45,808 bases of DNA, from positions 1-45,808 of the forward strand of contig NW_021828078.1 in NCBI RefSeq assembly GCF_006345805.1, read 5' to 3'. Each line of letters opens with the position of its first letter. The stretch's first letter is position 1. Made by a program: the position numbers and the translations under genes. Below the pieces are notes generated by a model that saw only the letters and a program-made list of their open reading frames with translations, was not told where the DNA came from and did no database searches. Positions 21,063 through 33,441 of this stretch are shown in pieces. The DNA comes from Octopus sinensis. Taxonomy: Eukaryota.

Positions 21063-21475
21063 TTAGTAGTAGTAGTAGTAGTAGCAGTAGTGGTAGTAGT
21101 GATGGTGGTGGTAATGGTGGTGATAGTGTTGGTAGCTACCGTTTATGATGAGCCCCAGATCAGTCCTGATCGAGAAAGATCTATAATAAAAAGACATTTT
21201 TTTGCTTGCCAAGAACCACCAAGTCAGTTTAGGAATACATTATCGAAAATGTGCCCTTCTCCTTTCAGTACGTAAGAGGGTAGTTTAAAGAAAATTTAGC
21301 TGGCGTTTCTAGCTGGTCCAGTGATCTTTCTTTTTGGCGCAGGAACGTGTCGAAGCGTTATTGTACTGCCATGACCGTAACGTATTTTAGTGAGGCTTGG
21401 AGTATCTATGTCTGTGGGGTGCTGTTTAAAGGGAATTTGGCGGATATTTTTAGCAGGCCATGCGATCACCTGGAA

Positions 21476-21790
21476 CAGTGTTTCTCGACCATTTTCTTTC
21501 TTTTTTTTTCTTTTGCTTATGGACCTCATTATTTCCTATTTTACTCGGGGAGGGGTCTCATAACCATTCGATGTCCCCCCCCCAAAATCCTATTAGATTT
21601 TTATAATTAAATATCAATTGAAATTGTATTTAAAAAATTGTTGAAATATCTTGTGTACTGTAGATGAAAACCCAATTTATCGCACATAAATTTTAACAAC
21701 AAAATCTTATATGAATCTCCAAGGGCCACATAGACCCCTAAGGGCCAAATGGATTCCCAAAGGTCATATGAACCCCAGTTGAGAACCGTT
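21476..21790. mobile_element. Decayed hAT (Charlie-like) MITE
   Basis: The left end cagtgtttctcgacc and right end agttgagaaccgtt resemble CAGTG(G/T)TTCTCAACC-type TIRs; three ~19-bp subterminal repeats at 21719-21777. Confidence 0.45.
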
Positions 21791-21883
21791 TATCTAGAGG
21801 ATTCCACGTTGGCTCATTATGAAATCGGTGTGTTGGCATGGTAGTTTGTGGTAGGTCTGTCTAAGCAAAATTATGTCGTGAAA

Positions 21884-22092
21884 ACGCATGGCCTTGTGGT
21901 TAAGGTAATTGAACTTATGAAATCGCTAGCTCATGGTTTCGATTCGTGGGGCGAGTGGTGCGTTGTGTTCTTGAACAAAACACTTCATTACACGTTGCTT
22001 TATGTTCACTTCAACACCTGACATATGTCACACTGTGCACCTGTTCAGGTAATGTTGATATGATGTGGGGAGCGAGCTAATAAGCATTTGAT
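21884..22092 (+). mobile_element. Diverged tRNA-derived SINE (group C)
   Basis: cgcatggccttgtggtt head, ggtttcgattc B box, gcgttgtgttcttgaacaaaacactt segment shared with the 20735 copy. Confidence 0.65.
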
Positions 22093-22098
22093 CATTAT

Positions 22099-22490
22099 AG
22101 GCGCAGGCGTGGCTGTGTGGTAAGAAGCTTGCTTACCAACCATATGGTTCCGGGTTTAGCCCCTCTGCATGACACCTTGGGCAAGTGCCTTTTACTATAG
22201 CCTAGGACAAACCAAAGGGTTTGTGAATGGATTTGGTAGACGGAAACTGAAAGAAGCCCGTCGTATATATATATGTATATGCTTGTGTGTCTGTGTTTGT
22301 TCCCCACCCCCTCTATCGCTTGACAACCGATGTTGGTGTGTTTACGTCCCCGCAACTTAGCGGTCCAGCAAAAGCGACCGGTAAAATAATTATTAGGCTT
22401 ACAAAGAATAAGTCCTGATGTCGATCATTTCGACTTAAAGGCGGTTCTCCAGCATGGCTGCAGTCAAATGAGTGGAACAAGTAAAAGAAT
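22099..22490 (+). mobile_element. SINE family A, full length
   Basis: aggcgcaggcgtggctgtgtggtaag head, CORE-like accttgggcaagtg, (TA/TG) spacer, tail gctgcagtcaaatgagtggaacaagtaaaaga. Confidence 0.92.
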
Positions 22491-22521
22491 ACACACACAC
22501 ACACACACACACATATACATA

Positions 22522-22662
22522 TAGGCGAAGGAGTGGCTGTGTGATAAGTAATTTGCTTACCAACCTCATGGTTCCAAGTTCACTTGTCCGTGGTGCCACG
22601 CAGTGAGGCTGAATCCGGAACCGAGTGGTTGGGGAGCAAGCTTCTTACCACACAGCCACTCC
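22522..22662. mobile_element. Foldback made of two inverted SINE A heads
   Basis: A + strand head (22522-22582) is joined to a - strand head (22592-22662). Confidence 0.85.
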
Positions 22663-23009
22663 ATATATATATATGGTCGACCGTGATAATCAGTAAAATA
22701 GAAATACAATTAAGAAATGAATTCTTCCTGTGCGGCCCGGAATTGGTTACCGGACCCGTGGTAGGTTCCTTAATTTAAGAGATATTTCGCCACTAGTATG
22801 GCCATGACACTTAACAACCCTATCATTAGATGCCATTGGTAGAAATACCAGCCCAACCACACTTATATCATACATCCTGCTGTCTTAGAACAAAGGTGCA
22901 TTGGTTTATCTGCTCACAGGTAAACTATGGGATTGTCACGGCTGGAATGGTTTTGGTTACTGCTTCTGGTTTGGACAGTCATGGTTGACCAAAAGTTAAT
23001 TAACAACAA

Positions 23010-23198
23010 ATACAACAATTACGACGACCACGACCACCTCAGCCACCACCACCACCACCACCACGGCCAACATTCCTACCACCACTACAACCCGCATCAC
23101 CACCACCACCACCACCACCACCACTACCACCACCACCTAAATTATCTCCATCACCTTCACTGTAGCATTACTACCCTTACCACTGCCGCCACCGCCAC

Positions 23199-23229
<31 letters not shown>

Positions 23230-23390
23230 ACCACCACAACAACAACAACAACAGAACACCACCGTCAACATTACAATACTGGTACTTCAATTTCTACCAC
23301 CAACACACTGCCGCCACCACCATCGCATTCACTGCCACCACCACAACCACCACCACTGCCACCACCACCACCACCACCATCACCACCATC
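23010..23390. repeat. (CCA/CCG)n trinucleotide array
   Basis: Produces the His/Thr/Pro-rich pseudo-ORF at 22927-23454. Confidence 0.85.
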
Positions 23391-23584
23391 TCTTGTACAC
23401 ACAGCTAATAATTATAGAGGCAACACCAGCTTAACAGTTCACATGTCTTCATGACATGTTTTTCATGGTCCACAGAATCTGTCTTGGAGATTTGGGGTGA
23501 AGTCACTCTCTCTTAATGTCTAAAACCTTGTCTCCTGTCTCGCTCACACTCTCACACACACATACACACTCACACACATACACA

Positions 23585-23630
<46 letters not shown>

Positions 23631-23739
23631 TACGCACTGCATATAACACACGCCCACATCTTGTGTATACACGCTTACACACCTTGCGTAGAATATCACA
23701 CACATGATATATATGTATGTGCGTGTGTATGTGTGTGTG

Positions 23740-24272
23740 TTTATGTATGTGTATATGTATGTATATATGCATGCATGTATGTAAGTATGTATGTATGTAT
23801 GTATGTATGTATTTATGTATGTATGTATGTATGTATGCATGTATGTATGCATGTATGTATGTATGTATGTATGTATGTATGTATGTATGTATGTATGCAT
23901 GTATGCATGCATGTATGCATGTATGTATGTATGTATGTATGCATGCATGTATGTATGTATGTATGCATGTATGCATGCATGTATGCATGTATGCATGTAT
24001 GTATGTATGCATGCATGCATGCATGTATGTATGTATGTATGTATGTATGTATGTATGCATGCATGTATGCATGTATGCATGTATGTATGTATGTATGTAT
24101 GCATGTATGCATGCATGTATGCATGTATGTATGTATGTATGTTGCATGCATGCATGCATGTATGTATGTATGTATGTATGCATGCATGTATGTATGTATG
24201 TACGTATGTATGTATGTATGTATGTATGTACCTATGTATGCATGTATGTATGTATGTATGTATGTATGTATA
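23740..24272. repeat. (TATG/CATG)n tetranucleotide array
   Basis: About 530 bp of interleaved TATG and CATG units. Confidence 0.95.
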
Positions 24273-24274
24273 TG

Positions 24275-24480
24275 TGGCAGAATTGTTAGGACGCCGGTGA
24301 AAATGAATAGTTAGCTGCGTCGTTTTGTCCGTCTTTACGTTCTGAGTTCAAAATCTGCCGACATCAAATTTGCCTTTCACCCTTCAAGGGTCGATAAAAT
24401 AAGAACCAGTCGAGTACTGACGTCAATGTAATCAACTCGTCCCTTGAAATTGCTGGACTCGTGGCCCAAATCTTAAACCA
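24275..24480 (+). mobile_element. SINE family B, diverged monomer
   Basis: tggcagaattgttag...acgttctgagttcaaa...tttgcctttcacccttcaagggtcgataaaataag. Confidence 0.75.
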
Positions 24481-24567
24481 ATCTATTCAAATTACGATGA
24501 ACGTAAACAAACAAACAAACAAACGAAGTTTGCTTTAGAGGCGTTGAGATGTCTTAGAAAGTTAAAG

Positions 24568-24796
24568 AAGTAATTATAAATTCTCAAACGCAGGATAATG
24601 CTAATAATATAACCTGAACAGGATGAGCTACTCCTGTTTTGCAGAAGGCCAGTTATGGGACACGAACTCACACCTCCGTGATTACGCGTCGCGGTGCTCA
24701 TAGCCGACCGCCAACACTTTTTTCTGCAAAATAGGGGTAACTTATCCTGTTCAGGCTTTATTATTAGCATTATCCTGCGTTTGAGAATTTAAAATC

Positions 24797-24800
<4 letters not shown>
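24568..24800. repeat. Inverted repeat, ~79 bp arms (24568-24646 and 24722-24800) around a GC-rich 75-bp spacer, abutting (TA)n
   Basis: aattctcaaacgcaggataatgctaataa...cctgaacaggat...ttttgcagaa pairs with ttctgcaaaa...atcctgttcagg...ttattagcattatcctgcgtttgagaatt. Confidence 0.9.
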
Positions 24801-24881
<81 letters not shown>

Positions 24882-25700
24882 ATATATCTAAAATATGGAA
24901 CAAGAGTGCAACAGACGACAATAAAACATCCGGACAGAAAGACGATTCAAAGACAGCAAGGGAAAAAACAAGGACAGGTCATTCGTGACTTTCTCTCCTC
25001 AGTCATGTTTCCAAATTATCCTTACAATTTTGGCCGGTTACACTTGAGGTTGTCCAAATCTGGCTGACCCCAAAAATCTAACCTAAGAGCATTAAATATT
25101 TTGGGAGAAAGCAAGCGAATGTGTATGCCAACATAGACAAAGAAAACGAGAAAGAAATTAAAAAAACAAAGAAATGTTACACAATTACAAATACAAACAC
25201 CAAGAAAAAACATACGTGTGTATGTGTGTGTGTGTCCCCATACACATACTCACATGCACATAGACAAAGTACTTCCACACACACAACGTATACATACTTA
25301 CACACAGCTGTATATACACTCACTATACATTCACTCATAAATAGTGTATATAAAAATATATTAGCTGCACATAGAACAGCAGATAACCAGTATACATCTT
25401 CACTCACATATATACTACCATATACACTCACACACCATACAGATACTGCGCATACAACTACTTGTCCTACCGCATACATACAATATATACACTCAGACAT
25501 CCTTTATATAGGTTTACTAGATATACATATATATAAAATTTATTCATTGCATTTTAATTAATTAATTATGAATTTTTATAAATCATTCACCTAAATATAT
25601 AGATGATGATGACTGTAGTTAACTATTTAAAAAGTTGTAGAACTTACAATGAAACTATGTAAAATTTACAAAATCATTGCTTATTTTCTCTCTCCCATAT

Positions 25701-25749
<49 letters not shown>

Positions 25750-25774
25750 TATATATATATAGATATATATATAT

Positions 25775-25818
<44 letters not shown>

Positions 25819-26444
25819 ATATGTATATATATATTATATATATATAATATATATACTATATGTATTCTATATATATATGTGTGTGTGGTATATGTATATA
25901 TATTATATATATATATATATAGAGAGAGAGAGAAGAGGGAGATGTATATACGAATGCATGTATGTATGTATACACACATATATATATATATAATATATAT
26001 ATATGCATACGTATGTATTTATGCATAATTTTAATGTTATTTTTATTAAGTTATAATTTTTTTCCAAGAACTAAGAATAAAAATAGATTATTCTTTCAAA
26101 ATCTAATCTGCGGCTATTGGGGAATTTTTATAGAAAGTTCTCTTATTCTTCTTTCAGAAATGAAAATGCTCTTCATTAGCTATTGATAAATAAACAATAT
26201 TTTTAGTGGTGCGTGAGATATATAGAGACTAAAATTAGTGCCTTTAAACTCTCAAATTGAAACAGGCGCTGTACTTTTTGCTATATGAGTCAAAATTTTC
26301 AAACAAAAAATTACTGCCAAGAAAGATAGGTCGTCGACTTATTTGGCAAGATGACTTTGAAGGACAATAAATTCCATGTGAACTGCAGCAAGATTTGGAA
26401 AGACAGAGACGATGTTTGAGTGTTTACACCACATGTTTACACAT

Positions 26445-26752
26445 TGTTTGTTTGTTCCTTCTCGTGCCACTCCTGGCTCATCAGGGCCGGTTTCCCGGTT
26501 TCCTTGGCACATAGGTTCCCCACCTGTGACGGGACGCCGGTCCGTCGCTGGTGAGCTGCAAGATGCAGGAGGAAAGAGCGAGAGAAAGTTGTGGCAAAAG
26601 AGTCAGCAGAAGTTCGCCATTACTTTCTGCCGGAGCCGCGTGGAGCTTAAGTGTTTCGCTCATAAACACACACATCACCCGGTCTGAGATTCGAACCCGC
26701 GATCCCTCGACAGCGAGTCCGGTGCTCTAACCACAAGGCCATGTGCCTCCAT
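26445..26752 (-). mobile_element. tRNA-derived SINE (group C variant) flanked by a direct repeat
   Basis: Minus-strand head tggaggcacatggccttgtggttagagc, B box gggttcgaatctc, (AAAC)n tail; catgtttacacat occurs on both sides (~26432-26444 and ~26750-26762). Confidence 0.85.
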
Positions 26753-27173
26753 GTTTACACATGTAGATTTGTATACAGAAAAATACTTTAAAAGGAATAA
26801 ATTTTCAGTTGGACTTACCTTGAAGCATTTTGTTTAGAGAAAGTCTCCCAGTGTCATCATAGTAAAGAATATCTCTCAATTACCAGTTTGATAATATGTC
26901 ACAATATCAGTTCCAGTGGGTGACAAAGTCTGTGAAAAGAGAGATAAAGATTGTTAAAAATATGAAAAAAAGGTAAATGTCGAAACTTCATCTAAATATT
27001 ATCTGGGGCAGCATTTCTCAAGAATTTTTTTGCTTTTTTTTTGAGTGCCAAACGGTCAGAAACTTAAAAAAGAAGTTCAGTGTAATGGAAACTGGATAAC
27101 ACAGCTGAGTGATGGAATGAAGTAAAATCCTTAACTTAGAATGATGTTTGGAAAAAGATATGATCAGACACAT

Positions 27174-27800
27174 AGGTGTAGGAGTGACTGTGTGGTAAGT
27201 AGCTTGCTTACCAACCACATGGTTCCGGGTTCAGTCCTACTGTGTGGCACCTTGGCCGAGTGTCTTCTACTATAGCCTCGGGCCGACCAAAGCCTTGTGA
27301 GTGAATTTGGTAGACGGAAACGGAAAGAAGCCCATCATATATATGTATATGTATATATATTTCTTTATTGCCCACAAGGGGCTAAACATAGAGGGGACAA
27401 GCAAGGACAGACAAAGGGATTAAGTCGATTACATCGACCCCAGTCCGTAACTGGTACTTAATTTATCGACCCCGAAAGGATGAAATCCAAGTCGACCTCA
27501 GCGGAATTTGAACTCAGAACGTAACGGCAGACGAAATACGGCTACGCATTTCACCCGGCGTGCTAACGTTTCTGCCAGCTCGCCGCCTTTATGTATATGT
27601 ATATATGTGTGTTTGTGTGTCTGTGTTTGTCCCCCCCAACATCGCTTGACAACCGATGCTGGTGTGTTTACATCCCCGTAACTTAGCGGTTCAGCAAAAG
27701 AGACCGATAGTATAAGTACTAGGCTTACAAAGATTTGCTCGATTAAAGGCGGTGCTCCAGCATGGCCGTAGTCAAATGACTGAAGGAAGTAATAAGAGAC
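27174..27800 (+). mobile_element. SINE family A, full length, with a SINE B inserted in its TA spacer
   Basis: 5' half at 27174-27340 and 3' half at 27600-27800. Confidence 0.9.
27361..27588 (-). mobile_element. SINE family B monomer nested in SINE A
   Basis: Reverse-complement monomer from ttctttattgcccac to gccagctcgccgcctt. Confidence 0.92.
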
Positions 27801-27869
27801 AGTATCTGATACTTTACAAGTTTTCCACAAACAGGAAGTCTACGCAAAATTCTGAAAGCTATTGTGTGA

Positions 27870-28200
27870 CAAATGTAAATGGTATAGGGTTTGAAGAAAT
27901 TTTAGCGGGGTGTGTAGCTGAGTTACTAGGGTCACATAGAGATAATATATCTTATGAAGAGCTCACTTAAATTGACTACAAAGAATATTGTTGCGCCAAG
28001 ACGTCTCATATACCCACAAGAGCAAATTGAAAATGCAGCTGAGATTACAAAAATTTCCTTGACCCCACTTAAATTGACTGCAAAGAATATTGTTAAAGAG
28101 CTGGGACTTATAAAGATAAGTCTGTGAGTTTGTACCAACAATGGTCCAAAATGATCTCAGTTCCTATGAGTTGTACAAATGATTCACCATAAACATTGAA
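27870..28200 (+). pseudogene. Decayed pogo/Tigger-like transposase C-terminal fragment
   Basis: GFEEILAGCVAELLGSHRDNISYEELT and, downstream, LTAKNIVKELGLI resemble the GFxxxxxxDVxELLxSHxxxLxxEEL ... LTxKxL region of Tigger transposases. Recognised from memory of the family; contains stops. Confidence 0.45.
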
Positions 28201-28404
28201 AGTTATTCACTTCTCAGGCAAGAAGTCATAAGGCTCTTTCTCAGTTTCCCCTTCTGCAGGTTCCATTAATGCATGCACGCAGAAATATACACATGCAGAT
28301 AGAGAGAGAAAAGACATGACAATGTCTTAATTGAATACGATTGAAATAAACAGTTTCCATCTCCTCATATGCATAAATAGAAACATGACCACACACATAA
28401 AGAG

Positions 28405-28850
28405 GTCATCATCATCATCATCATTGTTCGACCGTGGTCGAGACAATGGAATTTACTGTTATGCCAGACTTCACGGTCCATCATAGCATTACGGAGGTCC
28501 TGTTGCTGGATTCCTGTATCCCTGGAGATTACATCAGGGTACGAGAGTGTGCGCCCTCTGGTATCGCGAGTAGATGACTTCCAGAGGAGAAGAGTAATAA
28601 TTGCCTCGTTTTCAGCTCTACAACAATGTCCAGCAAACTGGACTCTCCTACCTTTCACAAGAGATGACACAGGTGGTAGTTTCCCATATATTTGCATTTT
28701 GGTTGGATGGCGCTTCCACGAGAGATTTTGAGCTCTCATAAGGAGGCGAGTGTAGGTTCCATCCAACCGCCTCTCAAGCTTCTTTGATAACGTCCAGGTT
28801 TCTGAGCCATATAGTAGAATTGGTTCGACTGTGGCTTTAAAGAGGTTGAG
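28405..28850 (-). mobile_element. RTE-clade LINE, 5'-truncated (reverse transcriptase C-terminal region) with (ATG)n tail
   Basis: LFKATVEPILLYGSETWTLSKKLERRLDGTYTRLLMR...RRVQFAGHCCR...MMDREVW. The LLYGSETW, (W/F)xGH and DRxxW motifs are typical of RTE ORFs. Confidence 0.9.
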
Positions 28851-29124
28851 AGAATGAGAGAGCGAGAAAAGCATTAAAACGATTGACGTCAATTAAGCCA
28901 GTGTCGCCAAAACGGTTGCGCCAAGTCTCATATACCCCATACATATTTATCTCCAAGGAAGTTTTGATTTTATTTTTCACAGTCTCTTGCAATCTGAAAT
29001 ACTTCACAATTCTGAACCTCCCATCTTGGAACATTGGCAGACATTTCATTTTTGGTTTCTCCTCCTGCTGAAGATATGTGACATCTAGTGAAAATCATGT
29101 GTTTGTGTCTCAGAGCAATATTCG

Positions 29125-29511
29125 TTTATTATTTTACTTGTTTCAGTCATTTGACTGCAGCCATGCTGGAGCACCTCCTTGAAGGGCTTTATTCAAACAA
29201 ATCGACCCCAGAACTAATCTTTTTTAAATTTAGTGCTTATTCTGTCTGTCTCTTCTGCCGAACCACTATGTTATGGGGACGTTAACACTGGTTGTCAGAC
29301 AGTGATGGTGGGGAACAAACACATACACAAATATATATAGATATGTATGGCGGGTTTCTTTCAGTTTCCATCTACCGAATCCACTCACAAAGCTTTGGTC
29401 AACCTGAGACTAAAGCAGAAGACATTTGCCCAAAGTGCTATCCAGTGAGATTGAAACTGGAACCCTGTGATTGAGAAGCCAGATTCATGCCACACAGCCA
29501 CGCCTGCGCCT
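29125..29511 (-). mobile_element. SINE family A, diverged full length
   Basis: ttttacttgtttcagtcatttgactgcagccatgctggagcacc ... cacagccacgcctgcgcct. Confidence 0.88.
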
Positions 29512-30384
29512 ACAAGACAATCTGCTCAATCCGACGGTGTAAGTAAAATGCTGATTTTAAAAGATCATATTCTATCAGATGTCCATATATTGGAAAATTT
29601 GCTGTCAACTGACCATATCATTGTTTCCAGGTAAGAAGAAATAGTTTTCAAAACGATTATTTAATCCCAGGTGAACTGTAATCAAACAAACTTATGAATA
29701 ATTCAAAACTATCAAGGCATGCATGACCATCCTGTTCTTTACCAAGGCATTACATATCTAAGAATATATTGACTAATATGACCTTCATTTTTCACGACGT
29801 TATAAGATATTTGGTTGCTATTTCTAACATGTCAAGTGACCACATAGGGGAGGCATGGGCAACATTTTTCGAGAAGCGGGCCGGATGAGACATAACTCAT
29901 CATGAGGCGAGTCACAATACTAAAATGGAATTCCAAGGTAAATTCAAGGCAAGCCTACTGGTCAAAATTGCCCATGACTGACATAGTGACTAATAGTTTT
30001 AATAAGAACTGAGAATTAACAAGAGTTTCTATTTAGAACCAACGTTTTGTCCAGCTTTGGCAAGGTGGAACTGATTCTCTTTGTTTTAAATGAGAAAACA
30101 GGACATTGATGAAACCTTACGAATGACATGATGTATGAGGAGAGGTGGGGATGGTGGTGGAAGCGATGGCAGTGGTGATGTATTTCAGAGTTGTGCGCGG
30201 GGGTGGAGGGGGGACAAAAAGACCCTTATGTAAAGCGTTTAGGGGACTGAAGGTGATAGTTCTATTTGATAGACTTTAAGACTAAATCTCTACTTTTGAG
30301 ATGACCTTAAGCGCAAAACGGAAAACGGAGCAAAAATGTAATAATATGTATGTATGCATAGATAGATAGATAGATAGATAGATG

Positions 30385-30425
<41 letters not shown>

Positions 30426-30541
30426 AGTGGTCTGGGGAAGATGGAGAGAGTCCAAGAAACAGATTCAATGTGACAAACAAAGACTCAGAAAGAAATAGGA
30501 AGAGACAAACTGAAAGACAGTTTGGCACGATTGTCTAGAGT

Positions 30542-30589
<48 letters not shown>

Positions 30590-30670
30590 TATATATATAT
30601 ATAGCATATACAGAGAAAGAGAGAGAGAGAGAGAGAGAGAGGAGATAGATAGATAGATAGATAGATAGAT

Positions 30671-30707
<37 letters not shown>

Positions 30708-31312
30708 AGTGACAGAAACATAAAAAATATAGAAACGTAAAATTGAAGACCGAAAAGAAGACAATGAGAGAGAGGGAGAGAGAGAGAGAGAGAGATGGGG
30801 GTAGGTTGGAGGAAAAGAGAAAGCGTAATAAGAAAGGAGGAGTGAAGTTAAAGTAAGAGTGGTGGTCAGCGGATGATAGACAGAGACAGAGCGCAAAGAA
30901 TGAGACAGACAATGGAGAGGATAAATGGTGATTAAACTCTGCCAACTGTGCAAATCAGGACTGGTTTGTAAGCGGGGGGACGGGTGGGGGGAGGAGGAAG
31001 CGTGAGTGAGTGAGTGGGAGGTGGGTGGGTGGCGGTGTAGAGAGAAAAGCAAGGAACGAAGAAAATACTTATAGGATTAAAGTTGGCTTTGAAGGACAGT
31101 AATTAACTGTCTAATTAGGAGTATTAACATAGCAAATGAGATACAATCAAAGCTCATTAAGGCATCCTGATTACACTAGCAGATCTCTCTACATCTCGTT
31201 AGGACTAACGAGCTTTCCAGTGATTAAATCAGTGTTCGCTGATAAATATTTTTTTTTTTTATAATTCCTCCTCCGCCTACCACTCCTATTATCATCATCA
31301 TTACCATTATCA

Positions 31313-31372
<60 letters not shown>

Positions 31373-31487
31373 ATTGTTTGTTATTGTTGTTAGTAAGTTC
31401 TACATTTTGTTGTTTTTTGGGATCTTTCTGTCTTTTTTTCCTTACCTAAGTCTCTTCATTATAAACCTAGAAGTGTAAACGTAAGAG

Positions 31488-31584
<97 letters not shown>

Positions 31585-31926
31585 CATCCATACATACGTA
31601 CTACATAAACACACACAACACACACACATATATGTATATATATATAGATGCACACACATGCATACAGATACACACACGCACACATACATATACCTGTATA
31701 TGCGCACGTATTTGTATACATATATATATACATACGTATGCATATATTATTTTTTTGTTTTTGTTATGTTGCCATTTTAGAATTATTTATATAACCACTC
31801 CTTAAAATATGTCACATCTATGTACAAAATGGCGTATAAATGCGCGCGCGTGTGTGTGTGTGGTGTGAGTGTGTAAGCCAGTGTTTGCAAGCATGTATGT
31901 CTATTTGTTCGTCTATCTGCCCTATC

Positions 31927-31991
<65 letters not shown>

Positions 31992-31992
31992 G

Positions 31993-32054
<62 letters not shown>

Positions 32055-32165
32055 TGACGCATATTTGCCATTTGAATATGGCTAAACCCTAAGGGTGGAT
32101 GCTACTGTAGTTTGTAGCCCCAGGAAGATATCTCCTCCAGCTGGCCATAGACACACTATCTGTGT

Positions 32166-32232
<67 letters not shown>

Positions 32233-32762
32233 ATACATACACACATACATATTTGTACATAGACATACATATACACATATGTATAGTACGTTTGTATGTA
32301 TACACACACACACACACACGCACACACACACAACAAATACTCACACATATACATCCATAGACATATTACACGATTAATAAAATGAGGTAAGCAATACTTC
32401 GGCCTGCTTCTGTTTTTCAGTTATAAAACATTGCTTGTCGTCTTTTTTTTTTTTGTTTTCTTTCTTCTTTAACAATACTTGCCATGCAAAAGGCACTCGT
32501 CAATGTTCCTCTTTAACTTCCCCCTGTGCCGTGAAATGAAAGAGACTCGAGACCCACTAAGCGAAGTATATAACTAATTAAAAACAAAAATAACCCAAGT
32601 ACGAAGAAACTAGCAACGCTGATGATGAAATGATGACGATGATGATGTTGGTGGTGGTGGTGGTGGTGGTTGCTGTGCCTTCTTGATGGGTGCTTACGGC
32701 TTTTAGGGGACCAGATTATGATTCATGTATAGTGCGGTTTGTTGTCAATTGATATAAATATT

Positions 32763-33180
32763 TATTTCTTTATTGCCCACAAGAGGCTAAACAGAAGGAA
32801 CAAACAAAGACAGGCAAAGGGATCAAGTCAATTATATCGACCCCAGTGCGTAACTGGTACATATTTAATTGACCCTGAAAGGATAAAAGGCAAAGTCAAC
32901 CTCGGTGGAATTTGAACTCAGAACGTAGCGGCGGACGAAATACCTATTTCTTTACTACTCACAAAGGGCTAAACACAGAGAGGACAAACAAACAAGGGCA
33001 GACAAACGGATTAAGTCGATTATATCGACCCCAGTGCGTAACTGGTACTTATTTAATCGACCCCGAAAGGATGAAAGGCAAAGTCGACCTCGGCGGAATT
33101 TGAACTCAGAACGTAACGACAGACGAAATACCGCTAAGCATTTTGCCCGGCCTGCTAAGGGTTCTGCCAGTTCGCCGCCT
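32763..33180 (-). mobile_element. SINE family B, tandem dimer
   Basis: Two reverse-complement bodies; the head ends at gccagttcgccgcct. Confidence 0.9.
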
Positions 33181-33441
33181 AATTGATATATCGTTAGACC
33201 CCAGTGCTTTGATTTGCCTAGTATCCTGTTATGTTACTCAGACAGATCCTGGTGGAGGCAGCAGCAGTGGTGGTGGTGGTGGTCTACATTGGCAATCATT
33301 CTACGGCACAGTATATAAGTCTTGGATAAGGAGAAGTTTCTAGGCTCTCAGGAGAAGAGGAAGCTAAAATTTTGTTGATGACCTTATTTGGAACAAAAAT
33401 TTTTATTTTGTATTTTCTTGCTAGAAGTTTATTCTTAAACA

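Noticed and set aside
22927-23454. 175-aa ORF with a hydrophobic N-terminus and His/Thr/Pro runs, resembling a secreted protein
   Set aside because: Most of its length is (CCA/CCG)n, which lacks stops by composition; no independent support.
26200-27170. Possible very old Tc1/mariner transposase remnant (KISAFK..., FQWV..., IWG-like pieces) split by a SINE
   Set aside because: Too many stops and frameshifts to support by eye; needs tBLASTn or an HMM search.
29848-29920. ggcatgggcaac...gcgggccggat resembling a hAT terminal sequence
   Set aside because: No matching opposite TIR or TSD identified.
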